Positions 48,692 through 56,526 of a stretch of DNA of 64,000 nucleotides are shown here, one piece after another. Position numbers and translations under genes: made by a program. Numbering within the stretch: position 1 is the first letter of the stretch; each line of letters begins with the position of its first letter. The DNA lies in IMG/VR virus record IMGVR_UViG_3300027963_000040; one strand, written 5' to 3'. Under the pieces are notes generated by a model. It was not told where the DNA came from and did not search any database. It was given only the letters and a program-made list of their open reading frames with translations. The DNA comes from a virus.

Positions 48692-48958
48692 TTAAAATTT
48701 GTTAATTTCCGCCAGAGCAGCCTTACCAGCTTTGCCGAGAGCGTTGTTTGCGGTCAAAATCTCCACCCCCAGGTCGTAGCTGATATTACCTTCACGGATA
48801 GCCACGACGACCTGACGCTGGATCGCGAGTTTGCGCTCCGCCGCGTTTACGTTGGACCTCAACCGAGTACCCGTAGAGTTTGGGCGAGGACGTAGCGCAT
48901 GCTGCAGAGACATCGGGAGCTTCGCGAGATCAGCCAAGGTTTCAATTTTCGTGATCAT
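48692..48958 (-). CDS. hypothetical early protein
   Basis: Own promoter. Confidence 0.65.
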   Translation of the reverse strand: MITKIETLADLAKLPMSLQHALRPRPNSTGTRLRSNVNAAERKLAIQRQVVVAIREGNISYDLGVEILTANNALGKAGKAALAEINKF

Positions 48959-49043
48959 ATCGGTATCCCTTTCCTATAAGATCATAATACCGCGATTCCG
49001 TAAAAAAGTCAAGCACTTTTTTTTAAAAAAAGATTAAAAAAGA

Positions 49044-49259
49044 TTAATCTTTGGGGTCTTGCCAGGGCGGCACTCGCTTAGGTCCGGCAGCCTGGTCGCC
49101 ATTAGCCTCAATTCTCTTCATAACTTCCTCGTATGCTATCATATAACCCTCGCTCCACGTCATATGAAGACTCAGATCAGTATCATAGTTATATGGATTA
49201 TCTGCGAAATGACGACCACGCTTATAGTCGTCATAGCCACTCCAGTATGCGTCGATCAT
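49044..49259 (-). CDS. Rmf/CrpP-like small protein (tentative)
   Basis: AY..GY.....G....NPY........W..GY pattern. Confidence 0.45.
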   Translation of the reverse strand: MIDAYWSGYDDYKRGRHFADNPYNYDTDLSLHMTWSEGYMIAYEEVMKRIEANGDQAAGPKRVPPWQDPKD

Positions 49260-49492
49260 TAATCTTCCTTTCGGCTAACTTGCGGACGAAGGTATATTTT
49301 CAGCATGGTATTATCTACCTTGTAAGAACCAAATGTATTGTAACGAAGACTTACACCTTCTTCCGCAGCCTCCGCGTTCAGTTCTTTACGGAACTTCACA
49401 ACGTCGTCGTAATACAGTTCCACTTCGGCGCGACCTTCGTTCGCCAAAGATTCCCAGACATCGTCAGTGTGAAATTGTTTCATATCGTTCAT
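49259..49492 (-). CDS. hypothetical protein, paralog of 49497-49721
   Basis: Shared R..LNAEAA.EGVSLR.N. Confidence 0.6.
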   Translation of the reverse strand: MNDMKQFHTDDVWESLANEGRAEVELYYDDVVKFRKELNAEAAEEGVSLRYNTFGSYKVDNTMLKIYLRPQVSRKED

Positions 49493-49496
49493 CCTT

Positions 49497-49721
49497 TCAG
49501 CTAAACTTCCGGAGGTATATGTCGAGCCGACCATCAGGCAGGGAGTTAATCCGGAGGCTCACACCCTCGCTGGCAGCCTCGGCATTCAGCTGATTCCGGA
49601 TCCAGCGACGAGCGACCTCATCAGCCACATTCCAATCTACGGCGGCAGCGAAAACCGTAGCATCAGAGACCCTAGCATTACCGAAGGTGGCCAAGGCAGT
49701 CCAGATATTAGTGGTGATCAT
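49497..49721 (-). CDS. hypothetical protein, paralog of 49259-49492
   Basis: RNQLNAEAASEGVSLRIN; own promoter. Confidence 0.6.
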   Translation of the reverse strand: MITTNIWTALATFGNARVSDATVFAAAVDWNVADEVARRWIRNQLNAEAASEGVSLRINSLPDGRLDIYLRKFS

Positions 49722-49798
49722 ATCGTTCTTCCTTTCGTTCATCATATAAGCATAATAGCCTATTTTTGAAAATAAGTCAAGCACTTTTTTCAAAAAAA

Positions 49799-50044
49799 TC
49801 AGGCGGCGACCTTGAACCCTTCGAGCGCGGTGTACGTCACGAAACCATCATTCCGCAGAATCAACAGCGGAGGGTTGGACTTCAGCTTCTCCACCCAATC
49901 CTCGAGGGTGTAGTGCTTGCAGAGGATCTTGATATATTCGCTCCTCTTAACCGAGCCACGATACTTGAAGCGAGCGATGAAGTTACCCTTGTAAGAGAGG
50001 TAGCCACCGTGATACATGAAACCGCTACGTTCAAACTTCGTCAT
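49799..50044 (-). CDS. conserved hypothetical early protein
   Basis: F.Y.GGYL.Y.G.FIARFKY motif; own promoter. Confidence 0.7.
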   Translation of the reverse strand: MTKFERSGFMYHGGYLSYKGNFIARFKYRGSVKRSEYIKILCKHYTLEDWVEKLKSNPPLLILRNDGFVTYTALEGFKVAA

Positions 50045-50188
50045 CGTTTTTCCCTCGTTCATCATATTTTCATCTTACCCTAGCTCGGTAAAAAAGTCAA
50101 GGAAAAAGATAACCAACAAAAACAAAGGGTTAGCAGAACGAATCCACTAACCCTTTGTTATCACAAGAGAATGTTTTTTGAAAAATCT

Positions 50189-50563
50189 TTAGCCTGAAAT
50201 CTCAGGCTCTATGCCTCTCTGGAGCGTTCGAACCGTGTGTTTTTCGGCTCCGTAAAACGCTAGAATGGTCTGCAGAGTGTCCTCTGGGTTGCAATCGCCG
50301 CACATGAACACGTCTAGAGCAGCGTAACCTTTCTCTGGCCAAGTATGCACCGATATATGGCTTTCGGATAGGATTATCACACCTGTATAGCCAAACCCAG
50401 AACCAAAATGGTGCCATCGTTCCGAAAGAACCGTGGCACCAGCATCCCTAGCTGACTGAACAAGAGCAGCTGCTGCCTCGTCCATGTTCCAATATGGAAG
50501 AGATCCGGGATTTCCCCAGACCTCAAGAATCATGTGCCGCCCGAGCGGTGGTACAATGTGCAT
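50189..50563 (-). CDS. speD: S-adenosylmethionine decarboxylase proenzyme
   Basis: LGRH, LSESHISVHTWPE.GYAALDVFMCG. Confidence 0.9.
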   Translation of the reverse strand: MHIVPPLGRHMILEVWGNPGSLPYWNMDEAAAALVQSARDAGATVLSERWHHFGSGFGYTGVIILSESHISVHTWPEKGYAALDVFMCGDCNPEDTLQTILAFYGAEKHTVRTLQRGIEPEISG

Positions 50564-50629
50564 CCCATGAAAATCCTATAAGTTGTTAACGGTGGATTAT
50601 TTATCTAATAAATACCACCGAAAACGGAG

Positions 50630-51403
50630 ATGCGAATGACAAAATACAAATCGATATGGATATCCGATGTTCATCTAGGAACGAAATCTTGCAAGGCGGA
50701 TCTTCTCTGCACGTTTCTCAAAAACAACCACAGCGAAAATCTCTTTATCGTCGGCGATTTCATCGATGGATGGAAGCTTCAAAGAGGATGGAATTGGCCA
50801 CAGGAACATAGCAACGTCGTAAGAAGGATTCTTACAAATGCGAAACGTGGCACGAAAGTCTCCTATGCCATCGGGAATCACGACGAGTTTTTGAGATCTT
50901 GGTTGAACGAAAACCTCAGATTCGGGAACATCGTCATCGACAACCATTTCGATTACGTTGATCTAAAAGGTAGGAAATGGTTGGTGACGCATGGCGACCA
51001 GTTTGATCAAGTCGTAAGAAACTGGAAGATCATCAGCTTTGCCGGAGACGTGGCTTACAATATGCTGTTAAGCTGCAACGGCATAGTCAATACGCTCAGG
51101 AGAAAGTTCGGTCTCGGATATTGGAGCCTTAGCAAACACATAAAATCCAAGACCAAACAGGCGATTGATTTCATTTACAAGTTTGAAGAGAATCTAGCCG
51201 AGCATGCTAAGAGGCAAAATTGCCATGGGGTGATATGCGGTCACATACACACTCCGGTGATAAAAACCATCGACGGAATAACCTATATCAATGACGGCGA
51301 TTGGGTCGAAACCTGTTCGGCAGTCGTCGAGACGATGGACGGCGAATTCCAGCTTTTGATTCTGGGAGCCGATGGTAAGATGAAAATTGAATCAACTTAT
51401 TGA
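50630..51403 (+). CDS. calcineurin-like metallophosphoesterase (LpxH-like)
   Basis: SDVHLG, GDFID, GNHD, HGD, GHIH, NDGDW. Confidence 0.85.
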   Translation: MRMTKYKSIWISDVHLGTKSCKADLLCTFLKNNHSENLFIVGDFIDGWKLQRGWNWPQEHSNVVRRILTNAKRGTKVSYAIGNHDEFLRSWLNENLRFGNIVIDNHFDYVDLKGRKWLVTHGDQFDQVVRNWKIISFAGDVAYNMLLSCNGIVNTLRRKFGLGYWSLSKHIKSKTKQAIDFIYKFEENLAEHAKRQNCHGVICGHIHTPVIKTIDGITYINDGDWVETCSAVVETMDGEFQLLILGADGKMKIESTY

Positions 51404-51404
51404 T

Positions 51405-51492
51405 TGGCGGAGCGACTGGGAGTCGAACCCAGTCTACGCTTACGCGTAGTACAGATTAGCAATCTGCTGCATTACCGTCCTGCCCTCGCTCC
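51405..51492 (-). tRNA. tRNA-Ser(GCT)
   Basis: Cloverleaf, long V arm, CCA. Confidence 0.9.
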
Positions 51493-51501
51493 GTACTCTG
51501 C

Positions 51502-51613
51502 ATTCTATACACCCTGTGGGGAAGCCCATTGCGCTTATCGAGGTAAGTGTGCCCACATTAGCGAAAATTCCCCTCTGTTCTTTTCGCGAGGTCTCTCCGA
51601 GAGGTTCTAGAAT
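51502..51613 (-). ncRNA. unnamed multi-stem RNA in the tRNA operon
   Basis: ATTCTA/TAGAAT closing helix; GCGAAAA/TTTTCGC and TGTGGG/CCCACA stems. Confidence 0.45.
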
Positions 51614-51624
51614 CTCGGATAACT

Positions 51625-51698
51625 TGGCGCTTCGTAGGGGAATCGAACCCCTGCTATCCGCTGGACAGGCGAACGTCCTACCATTAAACGAACGAAGC
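51625..51698 (-). tRNA. tRNA-Asp(GTC)
   Basis: Cloverleaf, CCA. Confidence 0.88.
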
Positions 51699-51703
51699 AA
51701 ACT

Positions 51704-51777
51704 TGGAGGCGCATACGGGTATCGATCCCGTCTCCCTGGGTTGAGAACCCAGTATTCTCCCAATAAACTAATGCGCC
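51704..51777 (-). tRNA. tRNA-Glu(CTC), atypical T-loop ATCGATA
   Basis: Cloverleaf, CCA. Confidence 0.82.
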
Positions 51778-51781
51778 AATT

Positions 51782-51859
51782 TGGTACCGCAGACGGGACT
51801 CGAACCCGCATTGCACAGATTGAAAATCTGGGTTCCTAGTCCAATTAGAAGACTGCGGC
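51782..51859 (-). tRNA. tRNA-Glu(TTC)
   Basis: Cloverleaf, CCA. Confidence 0.85.
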
Positions 51860-51941
51860 AAAGCTTTCAACTCATCATATACGTAGTATACCGTGTTTTT
51901 GTAAAAAAGTCAAGGAGTTTTTTAAGTGATGGATAAAAAAA

Positions 51942-52017
51942 TGGTGGAGACAGACGGGATCGAACCGACGACATTTAGCTTGCAAAGCTAACGCTCTACC
52001 AACTGAGCTATGTCCCC
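51942..52017 (-). tRNA. tRNA-Ala(TGC)
   Basis: G3:U70, cloverleaf, CCA. Confidence 0.92.
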
Positions 52018-52018
52018 A

Positions 52019-52094
52019 TGGGGTGATAGACGGATCTTGAAACCGCAACATCTGGCTCCACAAACCAGCGCTCTGCCTTTGAGCTACTACCACC
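52019..52094 (-). tRNA. tRNA-His(GTG)
   Basis: Encoded G-1:C73, CCA. Confidence 0.85.
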
Positions 52095-52100
52095 GTAAAC

Positions 52101-52177
52101 TGGTGCGCATGGAGGGACTTGAACCCCCAGAACCTGGTTTCTAAGACCAGTACGTATGCCAATTCCGTCACACGCGC
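52101..52177 (-). tRNA. tRNA-Leu(TAG), short variable loop
   Basis: 77-nt cloverleaf, CCA. Confidence 0.85.
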
Positions 52178-52187
52178 GTAAGAAGTC

Positions 52188-52300
52188 GGATTGCAGCGGA
52201 GGTGGTTCCTAGTCTCGAGCCATATGCCACTACGTCACTTTAATCGCCCAAACTCTAGCGAACTGCAATCCTAGCATGACGTTTTGGTTATTCGTCACGC
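52188..52300 (-). ncRNA. unnamed structured RNA in the tRNA operon
   Basis: GCGTGACG/CGTCATGC hairpin, then a 9-bp GGATTGCAG/CTGCAATCC domain. Confidence 0.45.
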
Positions 52301-52305
52301 GTTCT

Positions 52306-52382
52306 TGGCGTTGCGTAAGAGATTCGAACTCCTAACCCTCAGCTTCGTAGGCTGATGCTCTATCCAGTTGAGCTAACACAAC
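52306..52382 (-). tRNA. tRNA-Arg(ACG)
   Basis: Cloverleaf, CCA. Confidence 0.88.
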
Positions 52383-52390
52383 GTAAAACT

Positions 52391-52464
52391 TGGTTGCCCT
52401 TCATGGATTCGAACCACAACAAACGGAGTCAGAGTCCGCTGTACTACCGTTATACGAAAGGGCA
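52391..52464 (-). tRNA. tRNA-Gln(CTG)
   Basis: Cloverleaf, CCA. Confidence 0.88.
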
Positions 52465-52483
52465 AAAAACCTATTTAGTCAAA

Positions 52484-52557
52484 TGGATGCCCGAGCTGGA
52501 TTCGAACCAACGTATACTGAACCAAAATCAGCAGTCCTACCATTAGACGATCAGGCA
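52484..52557 (-). tRNA. tRNA-Gln(TTG)
   Basis: Cloverleaf, CCA. Confidence 0.88.
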
Positions 52558-52563
52558 TTAAGA

Positions 52564-52639
52564 TGGTGCCATTCCTTGGTTCCGCCCCAAGTCCTCGTGC
52601 TCTTCAGGCACACGCTTCTACTAAGTTAGCTTGAATGGC
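52564..52639 (-). tRNA. tRNA-Phe(GAA), atypical T-loop GGCGGAA
   Basis: Cloverleaf, CCA. Confidence 0.8.
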
Positions 52640-52642
52640 AAA

Positions 52643-52717
52643 TGGTACCTGAGGACGGGATTGAACCGCCGACCGTCTCCGTGTAAAGGAGCTGCGCTAC
52701 CGCTGCGCCACTCAGGC
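52643..52717 (-). tRNA. tRNA-Val(TAC)
   Basis: Cloverleaf, CCA. Confidence 0.88.
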
Positions 52718-52903
52718 TTAATCTTCTTCATCCTCAAACGGAACGAAATCAACATAATCAGTCAGAAAATGATATGCTGCTTGTTGCGCAGCTTCTGGCG
52801 TATAATATATACAATCTTCGGAATATGAATTTTCACTTCCTTCGAATTCCCGAAACTGGACCTGCCAAGCACTTTCGGTCTCTATAATCTTAGCGGTTCT
52901 CAC
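52718..52903 (-). CDS. hypothetical protein
   Basis: GTG start, RBS, promoter 52930-52959. Confidence 0.55.
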   Translation of the reverse strand: MRTAKIIETESAWQVQFREFEGSENSYSEDCIYYTPEAAQQAAYHFLTDYVDFVPFEDEED

Positions 52904-52967
52904 GTTGAATCCCTTATCCCTATAAATTCATTATATACCATTATGGGAAGAATGTCAATAGGTTTTT

Positions 52968-53567
52968 TTATCTAGAAGTGATTTTATTACCAGGCTTCCC
53001 GAGCATCAATTTAGTATGCCACTCTCCGCCGATCTTACGCTGGTAGAAGTGATCTTTGTATTCCGGATGACGAACAATTTCTGGATCGTCTTCGGGGGGC
53101 TTGCGAATTTCATCATCTCTATCTAGATGATGGTGCACTTCATGATAAGGTACAACATGTTTCTTTAACTCTTCTGCTCCCAAATGTTTCTTGATGAAAG
53201 ATAGACTCTTAGAAGACTTCTCTCCGTATGCGCGACCAGTCCTAAGATCGTCAGACATAATATCAGAAGCACCACGCTTTCCGTGTTCAGTGCCATCGGT
53301 AGCAATCGCAACTGCTTTACGACCACCCTTGTCTTTATACATGGCTGCAGCAACAACTTTACCTTGATGCTTCTTAAGCTTCCACATAGGGATGTTCTTA
53401 ATCATATCATCCTTGTCTCTGAATCCAGAACCATGGATGCCGCCAACGGAGGCATATGATTTATCTAGCAAAGACTTGACCTCATCAGCATACTGTTGTT
53501 TTTTAGGGTCATCATGAAGTAGATTTACGAACTTCTCGTTTAGGATATATTGTCTGAATGAAAGCAT
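52968..53567 (-). CDS. putative internal head protein
   Basis: MLSFRQYILNE capsid-targeting-like N-terminus. Confidence 0.65.
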   Translation of the reverse strand: MLSFRQYILNEKFVNLLHDDPKKQQYADEVKSLLDKSYASVGGIHGSGFRDKDDMIKNIPMWKLKKHQGKVVAAAMYKDKGGRKAVAIATDGTEHGKRGASDIMSDDLRTGRAYGEKSSKSLSFIKKHLGAEELKKHVVPYHEVHHHLDRDDEIRKPPEDDPEIVRHPEYKDHFYQRKIGGEWHTKLMLGKPGNKITSR

Positions 53568-53610
53568 AACTAACCTCTTTTTTGATTATTTATTATTATT
53601 CAGATTTAGA

Positions 53611-53687
<77 letters not shown>

Positions 53688-53858
53688 TTACTTGTCTTTA
53701 GTCTTTTCCTCGAATTCCTTAATTCGAGAACTGAAATATTGAAGAACTATCCCATGCGCTAGAGCACCCATCTTCAGCTGCATCGTTTGAGAATCCAGGT
53801 GATTGCTAACCTCGTCCTCAAACGCAGCCTTCTTTAGTACGTCGATAGAATAGCTCAT
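53688..53858 (-). CDS. 56-aa hypothetical protein (not in ORF track)
   Basis: AGGAG RBS; MSYSIDVLKKAAFEDEV... Confidence 0.55.
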   Translation of the reverse strand: MSYSIDVLKKAAFEDEVSNHLDSQTMQLKMGALAHGIVLQYFSSRIKEFEEKTKDK

Positions 53859-53876
53859 TCTAGTCTCCTAAAAAGA

Positions 53877-53969
53877 TGGAGGAAGAGGTGGGATTCGAAC
53901 CCACGGTAGAACTCCCGCCCTACGTCAGTTTTCAAGACTGATGACTTAATCCATCTCGCCCACTCTTCC
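53877..53969 (-). tRNA. tRNA-Ser(TGA)
   Basis: Cloverleaf, long V arm, CCA. Confidence 0.88.
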
Positions 53970-53974
53970 AATTT

Positions 53975-54290
53975 TGTCGGTTGATTCTGTTTCGAGGCTC
54001 AACCGTAAGCCCAAGAGATTACGCCGCTAGGCGAGTCTCAACTGCAAAGTTATCGTTTGCATTTGTAGTTTCGAACTGATTGAGGGTCGTATCTTACCCA
54101 TTGCCTACTTCAACCCTTACCGTCGCCAGTCGATCCTGTTTCGTCCCCGTCAAAAACACACTGTTACACTCACTTCTTGGAGTAAGAACCGATGCTATAA
54201 AAGCAAGGGTCCCCAATGTGCTTTTGGTGGAGACGCACGGTACTGCCCCGTGGTCCTGACAAACCTATTTGATTGCTATCAACAGCAACT
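53975..54290 (-). ncRNA. ssrA: two-piece circularly permuted tmRNA (alphaproteobacterial type)
   Basis: Acceptor piece ends CGTCTCCACCA at 54225 with a GGCAGTA T-loop; intervening segment 54149-54224; coding piece starts GGGGACG at 54148 (G3:U70); tag ANDNFAVETRLAA* at 54060-54019. Confidence 0.93.
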
Positions 54291-54332
54291 TCTTATTTAT
54301 ACCCTAGTTTGAAGGAAAAGTCAAGGATTATT

Positions 54333-54632
54333 TCAGACTAGGCTGAATATATCAACATGCTTGTCTTCATCTAAGATAGAATAAACATTTACTCCGGTGT
54401 AGTACCAGAAAGTCAGCTTCATAGCAAACAAAATCTTCTTATGATTTTCGATTGCTCGATTAGAAATCTTAGCAGCTTGATCGCTTATGTTGATCAAGAA
54501 CTCATAACATTCTTCTTCAGCCATCAGATTTTCTTCAAGCTCTTTTATCTGTTTGTAGAGAAGCTTGCAGAAGTTTTTACATTGACGGTTGTCAAACTTC
54601 AATTCACTGAATCTTACGTACGGTTCGGACAT
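54333..54632 (-). CDS. hypothetical protein
   Basis: AGGAG RBS before MSEPY; the longer ORF overlaps tRNA-Tyr. Confidence 0.6.
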   Translation of the reverse strand: MSEPYVRFSELKFDNRQCKNFCKLLYKQIKELEENLMAEEECYEFLINISDQAAKISNRAIENHKKILFAMKLTFWYYTGVNVYSILDEDKHVDIFSLV

Positions 54633-54672
54633 TTGATTTCTCCTCTCATACGTATTTATTGATTGGTGGGAA

Positions 54673-54762
54673 TGGGTGTGGTCGGAGTCGAACCAACAGT
54701 GTTTACCACATGGGACGCGATTTACAGTCGCGGGATGCACACGCCATAGCATCAACACACCC
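54673..54762 (-). tRNA. tRNA-Tyr(GTA), no directly encoded CCA
   Basis: Cloverleaf with long V arm; A73 followed by TTCCCACCA. Confidence 0.8.
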
Positions 54763-55188
54763 TTACTTATTTTTCCCACACCAAGTGTCGGTTTGGGAAT
54801 GACAGTTTGGACACAAAAATCTTAAGTTAGACTTTTTGTGATTATTACTATTTCCGTCAATGTGATCCAGGTGTAGAACAATTTGTTTTCCGTTCCAATC
54901 CGAGATACCACATTCAACACATTTGTAATCAAAAACTTTCTCTTGCAGCAATTTTTTCTTAACTTTTCCGGTCTGAAAATAAGGATGAAGACCTTCCAAA
55001 ATTTCTTCTAACGGAACTTTTTTTGTTGTATTTCCGCCTATAACAAAACCTAGATCTAACTTTTTACAAAGCCTCCAAACTTGGACAGTTGGAATTTCCA
55101 ATTCAGCTGCCATTTTCCCAAGATGTTTATGTTTTTCGTAGCAAGCTTTTACTTGTTCTTCAGTGATTTGTTTGTGCTTTTGTATCAT
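54763..55188 (-). CDS. HNH homing endonuclease in the tRNA cluster
   Basis: CxxC, LHLDHIDGN..N....NLRFLCPNCH; own late promoter. Confidence 0.9.
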   Translation of the reverse strand: MIQKHKQITEEQVKACYEKHKHLGKMAAELEIPTVQVWRLCKKLDLGFVIGGNTTKKVPLEEILEGLHPYFQTGKVKKKLLQEKVFDYKCVECGISDWNGKQIVLHLDHIDGNSNNHKKSNLRFLCPNCHSQTDTWCGKNK

Positions 55189-55221
55189 GATCGTTCTCCT
55201 TTGATCTATTTATACAAAAGC

Positions 55222-55265
55222 GGATTTCAAATCCAGTGCCCGTCCGCCGTCCGAGCAGCTTCCCC
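55222..55265 (-). pseudogene. 5' half of a tRNA with TGA anticodon, truncated next to the HNH gene
   Basis: GGGGAAG-CT-GCTC..GGGC-A-CTGGA-TTTGAAA-TCC, then no T arm. Confidence 0.55.
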
Positions 55266-55271
55266 GAAGTA

Positions 55272-55343
55272 TGGAGGCGCTAGTTGGTAACGATCCAACA
55301 CAAGTCGACTTATGAGATCGACCGGAACACCTGTTCTAGCGCC
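55272..55343 (-). tRNA. tRNA(CAT) Met/Ile2, miniature D arm, T-loop ATCGTTA
   Basis: Acceptor GGCGCTA/TAGCGCC, CTCATAA loop, CCA. Confidence 0.7.
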
Positions 55344-55347
55344 ATAG

Positions 55348-55420
55348 TGGTAACAGAGGGTTGAATCGAACAACCGTGGTCTAGGTTATGAGCCTAGATG
55401 GGATACCAATCCTCTCTGCT
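55348..55420 (-). tRNA. tRNA(CAT) Met/Ile2, miniature D arm
   Basis: Acceptor AGCAGAG/CTCTGTT, CTCATAA loop, CCA. Confidence 0.7.
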
Positions 55421-55424
55421 ATAA

Positions 55425-55498
55425 TGGAGCGGGATAGGGGAATCGAACCCCTGTCCTCAGCTTGGAAGGCTGTGATAATACCATTATACTAATCCCGC
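55425..55498 (-). tRNA. tRNA-Gly(TCC)
   Basis: Cloverleaf, CCA; 5' end overlaps the last codons of the upstream CDS. Confidence 0.88.
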
Positions 55499-56497
55499 AT
55501 TCTTGATTTTTTGATCAAGAAAATTGATTTTTTCCGAATAAGTCCCTGAACCATTCTGATCTGATAAGTTGGCTAGTTCCATCAACATCAGATCTTTGTG
55601 CATCCGTTCATCATAACTCGGTTCGTTATTTATAATCTTGTTATACCTATCGCGAAGAGTGCAAAACTCGTAAGCCAGCTTTTCGGAATATTCGCCGATC
55701 ATACCTCTTACAACTTCACGACTTATTTGACTCGAATTGTTGTAGTTGAAAAACTCTGTACCGTATACAGAATGAAACAGCCCTGCTCTACAGACATCCT
55801 CCGATCCTTTCAACACCTCTAATCTTAGCATAGTGTTGAAAAGATGTTCGAAGAATGTACGCTTAGAGTGAGGTATATTGACCGCAAGTTCTTTGATAAA
55901 CTCAACTAACTCGCTGTTAAAATTTGGATCAAGAGTCTTGAACACTAATACCGTTCTCAACGTAGGACACATCCTAGAAAGAGGTCTTGCCGCATGCAAC
56001 TTGTTTGAATCAAAAACCAACAGCCTACCGAACTTTGGTAGAATTGAACTCTCGATCTCTCTGTTATCATCATATATCACTGTTTCACCAGCCCAATCAA
56101 TGTCCCAGGATTCATTCAGGTAGAGTATGGCAGTCTCTGACATAGAGTCGTCGCCAAACTTCTTTTTAATCCAAGAATCATCATAGTGAGCATAAGCATC
56201 AGTGCCGTAAGTGTAACCGTTTATATACACTCGAAGCAAAGATCTTTGACCTATAACACCACAAATGCTATTCCATATTTGTTTAAGCTCTTTGTGGTTG
56301 TTAATGTAAGGCATGTCAGCATGGTCGTATGGTTCAATCTTACTGTTGTTCAGTATGTTATTGTTCCAGTGTCCAAAATCCCCTTTCAGGTTAACATTGG
56401 ACTTCCAACCAAACTTTAGACCATTATCAACGTAACGTCTAGTGATCGTCTTTAGTAGCTCTGGGGCTTGTAACGTTACTACGGTTGTGTTTTTCAT
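55484..56497 (-). CDS. 2OG-Fe(II) oxygenase fused to an HD-like (DUF6817-type) domain
   Basis: HYD...AGET...LHAAR...R; HS.RTF.EHL...AGLFHSVYGT. Confidence 0.8.
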   Translation of the reverse strand: MKNTTVVTLQAPELLKTITRRYVDNGLKFGWKSNVNLKGDFGHWNNNILNNSKIEPYDHADMPYINNHKELKQIWNSICGVIGQRSLLRVYINGYTYGTDAYAHYDDSWIKKKFGDDSMSETAILYLNESWDIDWAGETVIYDDNREIESSILPKFGRLLVFDSNKLHAARPLSRMCPTLRTVLVFKTLDPNFNSELVEFIKELAVNIPHSKRTFFEHLFNTMLRLEVLKGSEDVCRAGLFHSVYGTEFFNYNNSSQISREVVRGMIGEYSEKLAYEFCTLRDRYNKIINNEPSYDERMHKDLMLMELANLSDQNGSGTYSEKINFLDQKIKNAGLV

Positions 56498-56526
56498 AAG
56501 TTATTCACCCCAGTTATACTAAAAAA

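Noticed and set aside
51404-52828. ORFs overlapping the tRNA cluster (e.g. 51440-51811, 51875-52171, 52390-52629)
   Set aside because: They are translations of tRNA genes
55222-55265. Selenocysteine tRNA
   Set aside because: The anticodon arm resembles selC, but the anticodon is TGA (Ser) rather than TCA and the 3' half is missing
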